64,000 nucleotides of DNA, from positions 124,001 through 188,000 of the forward strand of contig RHPI01002204.1 in assembly GCA_009103225.1 (NCBI GenBank), written 5' to 3'. The notes beneath the pieces are model-generated. The model saw only the letters and a program-made list of their open reading frames with translations, was not told the origin of the DNA and made no database searches. Of the stretch, positions 33,230-45,600 are shown piece after piece. Numbering within the stretch: position 1 is the stretch's first letter; each line of letters begins with the position of its first letter. Made by a program: the position numbers and the translations under genes. Origin of the DNA: Chlorokybus atmophyticus (Eukaryota > Plantae > Mesostigma and Chlorokybus algae).

Positions 33230-36200
33230 TGTTGAAGGACTAGCATGCACATGTAGCTGAGGCAAGCATAGACACACACGGACAGAGCTACCGCCACCAG
33301 AGCATACACAAGTCACATCACATTCATCTATTACAAGTTGTCCGCTGGTTCTTATACCAGCCAGTTACACACACGTCTACGTTTGCAAGCACTGCGTAAG
33401 CTATACTCAGCCTTTTGACGCGCTCTAAGCTGTGTTGTCTTCCTTACAACCAGAGATTTCCAACAAGCTCTTACACGCCTAATATGAGTAAGTATATGCG
33501 GAGATACGAAGCAGTTAGTAAGGCTCCAGTCTGGAGTCCGGAGTCTGGTCCGACGACGCCATCTTGCTAAGTCTGGACCTAGTGCTCGTCCTTACGACCT
33601 TCTACTCCTGTGTGGAGGGTCGATGCTGATCGTATGTAGAATGACTCTCAACACTCCCACGCGAGCAGCTTGACCTCCAACGCTTGCTCCTGTAGTCAAA
33701 CACAGATGCCAAGTCCTGCGCAACAAGTCTTGAACTTGAGCGGTGACAATGGCTTTATCATGAAGTCCGCCAGCATGCCCTCTGTGTTGCAGTACTGGAA
33801 CTCCACCCCCTTCCTTGTGACTCTGTCACGCACAAAGTGATGCATGACATCAATATGCTTCGTCCTTGCCGAGGCGATAGGGTGCTTCAACAACTTGATG
33901 GCTCCTTGGTTGTCACAGTTGATGACGATGCACGCCATGGGGTGCTCCAAGTCTGCCATGAGCTTGCGAAGCCAGAGTGCCTCCTTAACTGCTGCTGCCG
34001 CTGCCATGTACTCAGCCTCTGATGTAACTGCTGCTGTTGTTGGCTGCAGCCTGCTATTCCAGCTCACCACGCCTCCGTTCAGCTTGAAGACGTAGCCTAT
34101 AGTGGACCTCCTGCTGTTGGTATGGCTCCTCTTGGCCTGCTACAGCTGAGTCCTGCTCACCCTTGTTATTGATGGCCTTGCCTGCAACTCCCCCTTTTGT
34201 AGGAAATTCGTCTGGCTGTGCTTCATCTTCATCTCGAGGAAAAAGGCCTGCTTCTGGTTGTGATAATCCCTCGTGGAAAAACCACCTCTCTGCTCACGAT
34301 GATCTTCTGAGTGTCCTCGAGCAAGATCCTGTAAGCCTTGGAACCCGGTTCATAGCCAACAAAGATGCCCTTCTTGCTGACCGGCTCCAGCTTGTGCCTG
34401 AGCTGTTTAGGCACTAGTGCATATGCCGTGCATCCAAACACACGCATACCACTCACATCTGATGTGGCTCCATAGAAGTGCTCCCACGGAGTCTTCTGCT
34501 CTGAGCTCACCAGAGACCTGTTGCGGATGTAGTTGGCAGTGAATACCGCCTCGTTCCACAAACTGTCTTCCATCTTTGTGTCGTTGAGCATGGCTCGAAC
34601 ACGCTCCAAAAGTGTCCTGTTGAGGCGTTCAGCTGCTCCAGTCTGCTGCGGGGTGTAGGGTGCCGTTGTCTCGTGGCGTATGCCCTTGCTGGCGAAGAAC
34701 TCCTTCAACTCCTTGTTGATGTACTCCCCTCCTCGATCACTCATCATTGCCTTCATCTTGTTGCCAGACTGGGTCTTCAACAAGGCCACAACTGTGCGCA
34801 CAGCTCCAGCAACTTCTGACTTCAGTGTCAACGGAAAGATGATGGACAGCTTGCTGTAGTCGTCGAGGAATGTAGCAAAGTACCTGGCCCCTCCCTTCGC
34901 CACAATGCGCATAGGGCCACAAACATCCATGTGCACAAGCTCGCAAGGATGCTGACTGCTAGAAGAGGATGATGGGAATGGCATAGCATGCTGCTTTGCA
35001 ACCAGGCATGGTTCACAAAGTGCACCTGATGCATTCTTGAGTTCTTCAGTGCTGAGATGGATGGCCTTGACCATCTTCTCAGCGACAAGGCTAGTGAGGT
35101 TGACGTAGCTGAGATGCCCGAACCTTCGATGCCACAATGTTGGCGACTCCTTGTCCTTCACCACCATGGCTTGAATGTCAATGTCCTTAGGGTGCTGCTC
35201 CACGTGGTAGAGCCCTCCCGGATCAGTGATTCCAACCATGTGCACGACCCCATCAAGGATGACTGTGCAGCCACCCTTCCGAAATAGGATCTCCGCGCCT
35301 AAGCGCTCCGCAACCCTCACAGAGAATAGACTCGCAATAGCCTTAGGAACATGCAGGACGTTGCGTAACAACACCTCGCGTAGTGTGTTACCAACCTTGC
35401 ACTGGAGTCGTACGTTGCCAACTCCCTCAGCCACCAGTACTTCGCCACCGAAGCCCGCCACCTTGATTGTGGACGTCAGCTTCCTGTAGCCCTCCATCAC
35501 CTCCTTGTTTGGTGTGAGATGACGATCGCAGCCAGAGTCCACCACCCAGAAAGCTGTGCCCGCCCTCGAACTGGATGCAGTGAAGGCGACATGTTTCTCC
35601 TTGTGTTGGTGCTCGTTGCCGCTGTTGCTGGTGCTTGCTCTAGGTTGCCCCTGTTGTTTCTTCCTACAGTCCTTCACAATGTGCCCCTTCCAACCACACC
35701 AGTGGCATGTGAGGTCTTTGTGACGAGGATTGCCTGGCTTGTTGCCCTTGTACTTCTCTTCATGGTTGCTCTTCTTTGCGTGCTTGCCGGTGTAGAAGGC
35801 GACGGCATCCGCTTGCTCGTCCTTCTTCACAACCCTCTGCTCCACGGTGAGCAGCTTCGGTAGCACATCGTCCAACGTCAACTCCGATGATGACGTCTCC
35901 AGCAGGGTTGCGACGACCTCGTACTCTGCTGGTAGCCCTGCAACAATAGCCAGCACTACCTCCGTCTCCCCCATGTTGTGGCCGACGTTGATGAGGTCCG
36001 CCCACAGCTCTCTCGCGCGCGCAACATACTTTGTGATGGGTTCTGCTGCCTCCTTCCTGAGTGCGCTGAGCTGCTTGCGTAGATGCAACTTTCTGGCATT
36101 GTTCTTGGCTCTGAAAACGGCTGATAGCTTTTCCCAAGCTTGTCTACCATCTTCACATGCAGTGAGCATGGGAAAGTGATGCGGTTTGCTGTTCAACACA

Positions 36201-37372
36201 AGCAAAGAGTGTGCTTCTGCTGAATGCTCTGACCACACAGTGTTCGCTCCTGGTGTTGGTGGTGGTGCCTTCGGATCAACGTACTTCCACACCTTCTTGT
36301 GGATGAGCAAGGCCTTCATCTCCACGCACCATGTGTTGTAGTTGTCGGTGTCCAGCTTTGCAATCTGCCCCTTGTCGTAGGTCGCCTCCATTTCTGTCGA
36401 GCCCGCCTTTCTTGCAGTTGACACCCAAGGCTCTGCTACCAACAAGCTACCGTAGTGTAGAATTACTATGCACACAAGCTAGTCTCACACTCTCTAAGCG
36501 TAGTGTGGGCCCATAACCTGTTGAAGGACTAGCATGCACATGTAGTTGGGGCAAGCATAGACACACACGGACAGAGCTACCGCCACCAGAGCATACACAA
36601 GTCACATCATATTCATCTATTACAAGTTGTCCGCTGGTTCTTATACCGGCCAGTTACACACACGTCTACGTTTGCAAGCACTGCGTAAGCTATACTCAGC
36701 CTTTTGACGCGCTCTAAGCTGTGTTGTCTTTCTTACAACCAGAGCTTTCCAACAAGCTCTTACACGCCTAATATGAGTAAGTATACGCGGAGATACGAAG
36801 CAGTTAGTAAGGCTCCAGTCTGGAGTCCGGAGTCTGGTCCGACGATGCCATCTTGCTAAGTCCGGACCTAGTGCTCGTCCTTACGACCTTCTACTCATGT
36901 GTGGAGGGTCGATGCTGATCGTATGTAGGAATACTCTCAACAACTCCGGACTCCAGACTGGAGCCTTACTAACTGCTTCGTATCTCCGCGTATACTTACT
37001 CATATTAGGCGTGTAAGAGCTTGTTGGAAAGCTCTGGTTGTAAGAAAGACAACACAGCTTAGAGCGCGTAAAAAGGCTAAGTATAGCTTACGCAGTGCTT
37101 GCAAACGTAGACGTGTGTGTAACTGGCTGGTATAAGAACCAACGGACAACTTGTAATAGATGAATGTGATGTGACTTGTGTATGCTCTGGTGGCGGTAGC
37201 TCTGTCTCTGTGCATCTATGCTTGCCCCAACTACATGTGCATGCTAGTCCTTCAACAGGAGTCTGGTCCGACGACGCCATCTTGCTAAGTCCGGACCTAG
37301 TGCTCGTCCTTACGACCTTCTACTCCTGTGTGGAGGGTCGATGCTGATCGTATGTAAGAATGACTCTCAACA
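33230..37372 (-). mobile_element. Copia A4: RT deleted, rearranged right end
   Basis: TSD CCGAG at 33225-33229 and 37373-37377. LTRs 33230-33653 and 36519-36942. PBS 36507-36518. RNase H is joined at ~34119 to the integrase-RT linker. Inverted LTR piece 36943-37257 plus LTR tail 37258-37372. Confidence 0.95.
34229..36391 (-). pseudogene. gag-pol: A4 gag-protease-integrase ORF, frameshifted near 34275
   Basis: Same motifs as A3. An extra A in ggaaaaacc shifts the frame after SREVVF. Confidence 0.9.
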
Positions 37373-37377
37373 CCGAG

Positions 37378-37576
37378 GTCGGTCTAACGCAGTTTGCCCC
37401 GTCAGCGGCAGTAACCAGCTTGTGCCGGCTGACAGATGGTGACTTACGATCCTCTGCCGGCACAAAGCGACTTGTGCCGTCTTGGAAGAAGAACTGCTCG
37501 CAGAACTCGAAGGCAGGTGCCGCTGACGGCACAACTGGCTTGTGCCGAGAACGGATTCTGCTGCAAGCGCCGTGTG
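37378..37576. repeat. Right subterminal repeats and right TIR of the CACTA element
   Basis: TTGTGCC/GGCACAA copies ending in ...cttgtgccgagaacggattctgctgcaagcgccgtgtg. Confidence 0.85.
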
Positions 37577-39373
37577 CACGGGCTCCGAGCTCCTTGTGAC
37601 AGCAACCTTCTGTGCCTCCTCCTTGTGTCTGACCTTGTGATGTCTTAAACGCTGTCTTCTCGACCACCCTTGTCTTTGCAACAACCTTGTGCGCACCGTC
37701 CTCCTCCACATAGTAGAGTCCACCCCTGTTGTTGCCTACTACATGCGTGACACCGCCAAGCTTTATACGAGCCTTGTCCGCATCAAACACAGCCGTTGCA
37801 CCAACAATCGTGGCTCTACGTACTGAGAACAAACTAGCACATGCACCTGGCACATACAGTACATCCCTAAGCACAGCCTCCTTCACCATACAACCAACCT
37901 TGCACCTCAAATTAGCATCTCCCTTTGCAACAGCTTCCAGCATCTGCCGGTTCCCAAAATCCACCGTAACTGGCTCAGTCAAAGGAGTGAGGTTGGCGAG
38001 CTTGTTCCTATCGCTTGTGAGATGCCTGTTCGCTCCCGTGTCCAGCACCCACCCAGGATACTCCGCTCCCTCATCCGATGCATGGAAAGCAACCGCTCAA
38101 TGCTCACCATCAGCCTTCTTCAACTTGGGACACTTCATCTTGATGTGACCACGCTCCCCGCAGTGCCAACACTCTACGTTGATGCCTCGAACGCCCTTCT
38201 TCACATGATGCTTCGATGATGACGTGAATGCGATAGGACCTCCAGGTGCTCCCTCTCCATTATCGTCCTCCTTCCTCAAGCATTACTCTTCTTGAAGAAG
38301 CATTGGTGTCACCCCATCCATTGACAAGTCCTCCTACTTAGACTCCAAGATAGTGACAACAACCCTGTACTCTTCGGGCAAACCTGAGAGCACATCCCAC
38401 ACCACCTCAACTTCCTTAAGCTCGTGGCCAACACCCAGCAAGTCCCTCCACAACGCCTTCGCTCGCACCATGAACTTGACAATGGGCTCCCCGCTCTCCT
38501 TGCGCAATGAGTTGAGCTCCTGCCTCAGCTGCAGTCTCCTCGCCATGTTGCGTGACTTGAAGTTGCTATCCAACTTCGTTGAAAGCTTCTTTGCACTCTT
38601 GCACTCTTTCACTAGCACCAGGTGATGATCAGCCATGTGCAAGCCTATCAAAAATGAAGCTTTTCTCCCTTGTTCTGCTTAGACACTCACTTCGCCTACA
38701 GGGATTGCCTCCGCCGAATCCACATACTTCCACAGCTCCTTGTGGGCCAGTAGTAGCTCCATCTTCACGCTTCATATGTTGTAGTTGTCAACGTCCAGTG
38801 GTTCAATTGTGAACTTCAAGCCGTCCATGTTTGTGGCCGTGGTTGCCCTCTGTTACTTGCAGACCTTACAACCTACTCCACACCAAGCAACTACAGCTAC
38901 TCACACAATTGTAACACACTCCATCAACCTACACAAGCATGAGTGGGCCCATAACCTGTTAACATACACACGTGCAAGTGACACGCCAACAACATCAACA
39001 CAAGAGCATGACTGCTATTGCCATTAATGCCATACAAGTCCAGGGGTTGTATACCCCGCCAGAATCTACACACGTCTACATTTGCAAGCACCGCGTGCAC
39101 AATATCCAGCCCTTCAACGCGTTTTAAGTTGTGATGTTTAGCTCACGACCAGAGCTTTTCAACAAGCTAAGCCACGCCTGTTAAGCTTACGTATCCACAA
39201 AGCTACACGGTTTCTCCCAATGCTCTACTCAGCATCTGGTCCGGAGTCCGTCCTGGCTCGACCGTCTTGCTAAGTCCGGAGTCCACGTGCTCAGCCCATA
39301 CCTTCGACTCCAAACTCTTGCGAAGAGGGCAAGTTTACCGAATACAAGCATCACCTATGTGATACCTTCAACA
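37577..39373 (-). mobile_element. Copia C2, second gag-protease element, cut at the CACTA right end; only the 5' LTR (38957-39373) present
   Basis: 417-bp C-type LTR, PBS 38945-38956, decayed gag and WVLDTGANRHL protease. Collinear with C1 up to RSSEPV. Confidence 0.92.
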
Positions 39374-39567
39374 CACGAAGCTGGATGTGACGAGCGACAC
39401 AAAGTGTATCGCTCTGGAATGGGAAAAGCGTCGAGGGGCCACATCTTGATGTCGTGACTCTGGAGCAAGTAAAAGGCATTGTCCAGCTGCTCCCCATATT
39501 TGACAAGGACAGCGCCCGTGTACAAGAGGGCAAGTATTGGGTGAACGTTCACTGCACTTCCACGTGA
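39374..39567 (+). pseudogene. C-terminal fragment of a probable Plavaka/CACTA-type transposase
   Basis: TKCIALEWEKRRG/PHLDVVTLEQVKGIVQLLPIFDK..KYWVNVH (one frameshift) resembles the DVI..I...V.L.P.F....Y.VN tail recalled for these transposases. Short, so tentative. Confidence 0.45.
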
Positions 39568-39770
39568 CACATGTACTTGTCTCACTACTCAAAGTTTGGA
39601 GCATATCAGTCAGGTAGGCATTGCTAATCGTATGCTAAGATTTTTGCATGTGGACGTGTACAATACCGGGCAGCTGTTACTGCACAACTATCACCACAAT
39701 CGAATGTGCCATGCAACATTCAACAATCAGTCCGCCGTGTGGCATTAAGCATCAATACAGTGCACCACAC

Positions 39771-41446
39771 TCAAGCCTCATAGTTCCATGATACAGGAGG
39801 GTAGTCACATCGCATATCCATTGTTTCAAGCATGAGACGCCCTATGCACTCCGCCATTGCGGGAGGAACTGCATTCGCTATGGTAATGGCCGAGGTCATC
39901 CATGGCACTCCCAGCGCTGTTTGCCACGCAGCAATGCCGCCCCTGGTGCTTGGAAGGCCATAGACCGGGTACATTTGCTGTGGCGCGTTTGATGTCACGA
40001 TTGCCTTCTTCGCGCTAGCGGACAGATGCGACGATAGCAGTCTAATTGCCTTGCCCGCGTGCGAGCAGCGTGCTGGTGGGGTAGCTACTACTGGCTGTGT
40101 CTGAAACAGACGGTGTCGGAAAGTTGATAGGCTAAACATCGTGCCACAAAGGGACAGGTTGGGTCTGAATGAGGAAGCTGCTCCTGGCACATTCTCAATC
40201 ACAAACTTGACCTAGCTTGCAAGCAGCAGACATCGGACGAGCGGTATCATATCCTGGTGTCTCCAGGATGTGCCATGTGCCGCCCGTTGAGGTGCCGGGA
40301 TGGCACTTGAATAGGCCTGGCATGATGGACTGGCCCAGATGAGCTCGTACTCGCTCAGCTCTCCTGCACTCAGGGTGCATACATCGCGGTGTATGAAGGG
40401 CAGCGGGTATTTAGAGGAGGGACTTATGTCCATCCTGGTCACGTCAAAGCCTGCGTGGTATAGACCGACACCGGCACCGCCATCGCCGCAGAATAGGTCG
40501 AATGCCCTTGGTCTGCGTGTGCGTCCAAGCTTGTTGTCAAATGGCATGCATGTGGTCAAGGCTGGCCGTGGTGCTGGCCAGGGACTAACAATGATGCCGT
40601 CCGGGCTTACTTTGCGACTAACGTTCTCCCCTCCGACGCGCAGAACATGGCGTGCCCCGTCAACTGATGTGTACGCGAATACGTTGTGCCCTTTGAAGTT
40701 GATGGTTTGTGGTCGATCACCGTCATCGAGTACTATACGGTGCTGCCCTGCAAAGACATTTTCCATTGCACCATGCATATATGGTGCGTCCTCAATCTCG
40801 CACGCCACGAAGCGATGCTGACCTGACGCTTGCTTGAATGATTCTACAACGCCCGCATGCCATTCCCCATCCAGCGGCCAATGCACCATGACATTCACAC
40901 CGATCAGCTGCTCGCATCCCAACTTAACTGCGCAGCCGATGCAGTGCGCTGTCCAACGATCGATGGTCTGCCTCTTATATAGCGGCCAGGGGATGGAACT
41001 GCCAACGCCCACACCGTGGAAGACTGCTCTGAATGCGACAACAGCTTCAACATGCATGAAATAAGCATACGCCCAACATAACATGCAGTGATACGTCGCG
41101 GTCCACTCTGCCGAATTACCTCCATAGCATCCACCACCTGTCCACTAACCACATGTCCTGGTGTTGTCCATGTGAAGAAGCGCATGGGTTCCCCTCGCCA
41201 CTCGAAGCACGAGCGCGAGCACGATTTGCACACGCACTGCACGCAATGGAAAAACTCGGGTTCCTTGCACAGCACTTGGCCGAGGCGGCAGCCAAACACG
41301 TCGACATTGTGTGTGGTGTGATGCCAGCAAGTAGCAGTAAAACCGTGGCACACTGTCTGCACTCGCTGACATTCGGTCAAGTGTGCTCGCGTTTGCTGCC
41401 TACGGCCATTAGCACATACGTACGCATTGCATTGTGGGCACACCAA
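39771..41446 (-). pseudogene. Cys-rich + Tudor + phage-type C5 DNA cytosine methyltransferase; one in-frame TAG at 40212-40214
   Basis: Motif I FDLFCGDGG (~40476-40503), IHRDV, motif IV WASPSCQAYS, VI FVIENV, VIII FRHRLF, X IANAVPPAMAECIG. Tudor LIGVNVMVHWPLDGEWHAGVVESF..GQHRIVLDDGD, split by a 75-bp GT..AG intron at 40748-40822. The 5' exon structure is uncertain. Confidence 0.88.
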
Positions 41447-42064
41447 GCATGTCTCCTGGGTGAGGGGGATTCAACTGCTGCCCCCGACATCATGCAAGAA
41501 TCGGCACCACTGCCCATAAACTGAGCGAGACTTTAGGGTATGGGCATTAATTTATGGTTTCTAGCTTACAAACCCTAAGTGAGTCACACTTCAAGTGAAG
41601 CACGACTGTACCATGGACGCTATTGCAAACCCATGCATGGTACTACATCAACATGAATGGTACTCCATCTGTTAATGGTACTACAGTACAAGGATACTCG
41701 CATACTACCACGATCGTAGAGTAATACTGTGCTGTTATTCCATGGAACCCAGAGCGCTGTCCGAGTTTGTTGCTGTCAACCACGCTCTGAACCAGCGAGG
41801 TATGCAAGCCATGCATTGACTCATGCGCCGGGCGGTCATCATACACATGTACAGCCAATGCTGCTGACAACAGCAGATCCCGGGTGCACCCTGCACCATG
41901 CTGCAACTATACATGTACTTACATGGTTCACATGAAGCCAGCACAAAACTACAATACATGCACAATTGTCATCAAGACGGGGGCCAAATCACCGCCGACA
42001 CGTTGGCGTCTTGCATTAAGCGTGGCGACCAAAACGGGTGAGGTTGCTTGCAAAAGGGACACGT

Positions 42065-42521
42065 TGTTGAAGGTATTACATGGGTGATGCTTGTCTCCGG
42101 TCAGCTTGCCCTTTATACAGGAGTCGAGGGTCGAAGGTACCAGGAAGAAGCGCATGGACTCCAGACTTAGCAAGACGGTCGAGTCATGACGGACTCCGGA
42201 CCAGGCTGCTTGGTAGAGCCTTGGGAGAAATCGCGTAGCTTCGTCGATACGTAAGCTTAGCAAGCGTGGCTTAGCTTGTTGGAAAGCACTGGTTGTGAGC
42301 TAGACAGCGTAGCTTACAAAACAGCAATCGGCTGAGTACAGCGCACGCGGTGCTTGCCAATATCGACGTGTGTAGAGACTGGCGGGGTATAAAGCCCAGA
42401 CTTATTGCAATGAAGAAAAGAGGTCACAATGTAGCATGTGTGCGGATGCTATGGCGGCAGTAGCAGTCATGCTCTTGTGTTGATGTTGTTGGCGTGTCAC
42501 TTGCACGTGCGTATGTCAACA
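42065..42521 (+). mobile_element. Solo LTR of the C family (457-bp variant)
   Basis: TGTTGAAGGT...GTCAACA. TSD CACGT at 42060-42064 and 42522-42526. Confidence 0.95.
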
Positions 42522-42699
42522 CACGTTTGTAGATTCTTTAATTTATTTGCCACGGTCTTTTGATGTGCTATGATGCAGACATCGCACATCGCTTTCTTGC
42601 AACAGGGCGTCTCCCCATCCGCTGGGGGGCGTGGCTCTTCAATGCGACAAATCAGCACACATGGTGCACGCGGGTGTGCAAGCTGCCTCTACCATCAAA

Positions 42700-45600
42700 C
42701 TCTGTTATCACGTTGCAGGCGTAGCGACTCCCATCTCAATGGCGCAGCATAACGCTCCACTGCCTGCTCGATCACCTGACGCCCATCTGCCGCCATACAC
42801 CACCTGCTGGTCTTGGTGGTCTCGTCCAGCATGCGTTCATCCAGGCCCTCGATATGGCTGTCGTCACTCGTGTACTCCCCCGCATCGCCATTTTCTTCAA
42901 GCTTCTACAGAATCAGCTCGACGTGCCGTATGACATACAGCCACTGCCAGCCAAAGCATGCCAAGTACAGCTCGAATGGTTTTTCGTGCCACCCAGTATG
43001 TTTGCTCAGGTAGTGGCACACATCTCGACCCGCATCAGTCGACATCGACAGATACATCTGCTGCAGCAGGTCGAAGTTCTGCTCCGCGGATAGCTCTTGC
43101 ACATTGCCGGGTTGCTGCGGCAGCAACAACACCATTATATCGAGGACGGTGAGGGGCAACAACGTACTACGGATGGCCATATTGTGTATGGGTTCCAACC
43201 ACGGCCAATCCCCAGAGGTCTGTTTAGACCGCACGCTCCGCGTTTGCTCCCACTTATTGCATACTTTTGTCACTCACCTCGAGGCATGCCGCATGCGGTG
43301 ATGCAGCGCGTTTTGGGCGTATTATAGGGCAATAAACTCATTTGCACTACGAGTCAGCCCCTCAAAGCGTCTGCGCGTCGTTGCTTTAAGCTTAGGTTTC
43401 TCGTGCCGCACCGGCTGTCTCTCTGGACGATGCTAAGCAGCCACTTGATGCGGTAAACCCGCTTGTGCCTACTCAGGACACACAGTCAGCCCAAGTGAGG
43501 CTTCAAGGCGCTGTGCTTTTCTAACGTTGTAACGATGCCTCACCTTTCCTTTTTTGGTCCCGTCAGCGTCCTTTGTTCCAACAACCTTCTTATTCTTTTT
43601 TTTTTGTCAACCTGCACATTCTAGCATTTACTTTCCGTGGCACTGTCACTCAGAGGAGGTAAGGCGTTATCTTCTTGCTCCACAGCCTTGCGCTTGTTGG
43701 TTGCCTCCCGTTCCTCCACGACCTCATGTTGCTTCATGAGGTTAAGCATGAAGCCTTTGTCTTTTAGCGCAGCTTTCAAGACACCTCGATCAATCTCTTT
43801 ACCAACAAGACAGGCTAGGAGCAATGTGGCAAGCTTGGAGGGAGAGGGCGAGCTACAGCTGCTTCTTGATGAAGATGCCTTCGGATGGTCAGAGTGCGGT
43901 GGCAAGTGAGTCTCCGCGGCAGGAAGGGAGGGTGCTGAATTGTTACTGCGAGCATATGGTTGTGGTTGAGGGGAGGCAGGATGTGCAGAACACTCGGCTA
44001 CTTCGTACCTAGCACACGAAGTCGAGGCCTGAGGCGGTGGCGCAGCACTCAGGGTCACAGCCGGTGGTAGTGGGGAATTGGCAACACCGTTCCGCCACTC
44101 TCTCATTATATCTGTTACCTCCGGTGGCACTTCATGCATAGGCCACGACCATTGTTTGGTGCTTGCAGGCCTGAGGAGCCAAAAGTGTGCTTCTGGCTCA
44201 TGAGGAGTAGTGTTGCCCACCGACAGGACTGAGTTGGGGGCTTTTTTTATTTCCAACCCAAAGTGCGCTGCCGGGCCGTGGCACCCACTCCCCATGCTCG
44301 CGCTGAACGGTCACGCAGCCAATCAACAAGCCCAGCTTGTTGGCAAACATGGTCATCTGCAGGTGCTCGACGTACACATCTTTTCTCCGCACGATCTGTC
44401 GCTCCTTGGTCATGGCTATGTCAATGTTGCAACCGACATCAGCAAACATGGTCGCAGGCAGTTTATCGTAATACTGCGCCATTTCTCTCGCGGCACCAGT
44501 GGCTCTGCAGAAGTCTAAGATTCTGCTCGCCACGCCTGCATCGACAGCCTTAGCGGTGATTTTGCGGAGAGTGTCCCCCCTGCCGTCGTCGTTCATGGTG
44601 TCCAGCATAACCCAAAATCTGCTCGAGCTGGGGCACTTGTGATAATCGAGGACACTTTGCGCTATGGATGGCCTGGCGCGAAATACACAATGGTAGAAGC
44701 AATTACCATCCGTTGGCGCATTGAAGTGGTCCCATGAGGCGAGCTGGCCACCTAGCATGACTGATGGCCGTATGCGGGTTGCGGCCAGCTCCTCTGATGA
44801 CTCGCTGGCAGGTGGTAACCCCTGCTGCATGCGCATACAGCACTCAAATGGTGTGTCCAACCGTGGATGGCAAGAGTCACAGTGATTGATTAAGTACCTG
44901 AGTTTGGGGCAGACTGCCGGCTTCAACTTGCAGCGGGTGGGGTAAGGTAGGTGCAGAAGCCACATCGGTTGTTGCATTGTGCTGTGGTCTCACCGGTGGC
45001 GGCAAGAAGGATTGTTGCCCCGCACTCACCGGTGCTGCTCGTGGAGGAGATGGCAGTGCATGAAGGACTGGTGCCGCGGAAAGTGGTTGCGCTCTGGCTG
45101 CAAGGGGAGCAGGAGCGGCAGGTGAGACCACTTGTGCATGCAGCAAGGGGGGCTGTATACAGGACCCAGAATAAGATGGCTCACAATGTTGCAAAGGACG
45201 AATATAAGCCTATGCAGTGCCTGACGCATTGTTACCAAGGCACGAGCATAGAAGACAGCGACTTACCTCAATGGCCCGTGGGCTGCATGGAGCAGGGGAG
45301 GCCATGGGGGCTGACAAGGTGGTCTTGGGTGCACTCTCACCGCCACCCTCGATCGCAGACTCGTCACGAAGCTCGTGAGCCATGGGCACATCATGCGCCA
45401 CTGCCCCAATGGACATGTCGGGATTCAACAGGCCAACATGCATGTTAAACTGATGCTGCATTGTCGCCGCGCCCATCAGCAAGTGGAATTGAAGGACCAG
45501 TTGATGGGATTGAATCAAGGCTTGCATTGGAGCTCCACCAAGACCTAGTGCACTGTGGTGCTGTCAACCAATCACATGTGGGTTAGCTGCACGCTTGCGA

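Larger units (their letters stand above)
9901..37576 (+). mobile_element. CACTA/EnSpm-superfamily DNA transposon, ~10.2 kb after removing nested insertions
   Basis: Imperfect ~38-bp TIRs: 9901 tacatggcgcctgcag..ccgttcacggcacaag vs reverse complement of the 37576 end, cacacggcgcttgcag..ccgttctcggcacaag. GGCACAA/TTGTGCC subterminal repeats at both ends. TnpD-like transposase. No matching 3-bp TSD. Confidence 0.88.

Noticed and set aside
40212-40214. Programmed readthrough of the TAG in the methyltransferase
   Set aside because: A transition mutation is simpler given the many similar stops nearby; no readthrough signal is evident.
39771-41084. Bacterial or phage contamination as the source of the MTase
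   Set aside because: A spliceosomal intron, a eukaryotic Tudor domain and neighbouring host Copia insertions with TSDs argue for genomic residence. Read-level confirmation is still needed.
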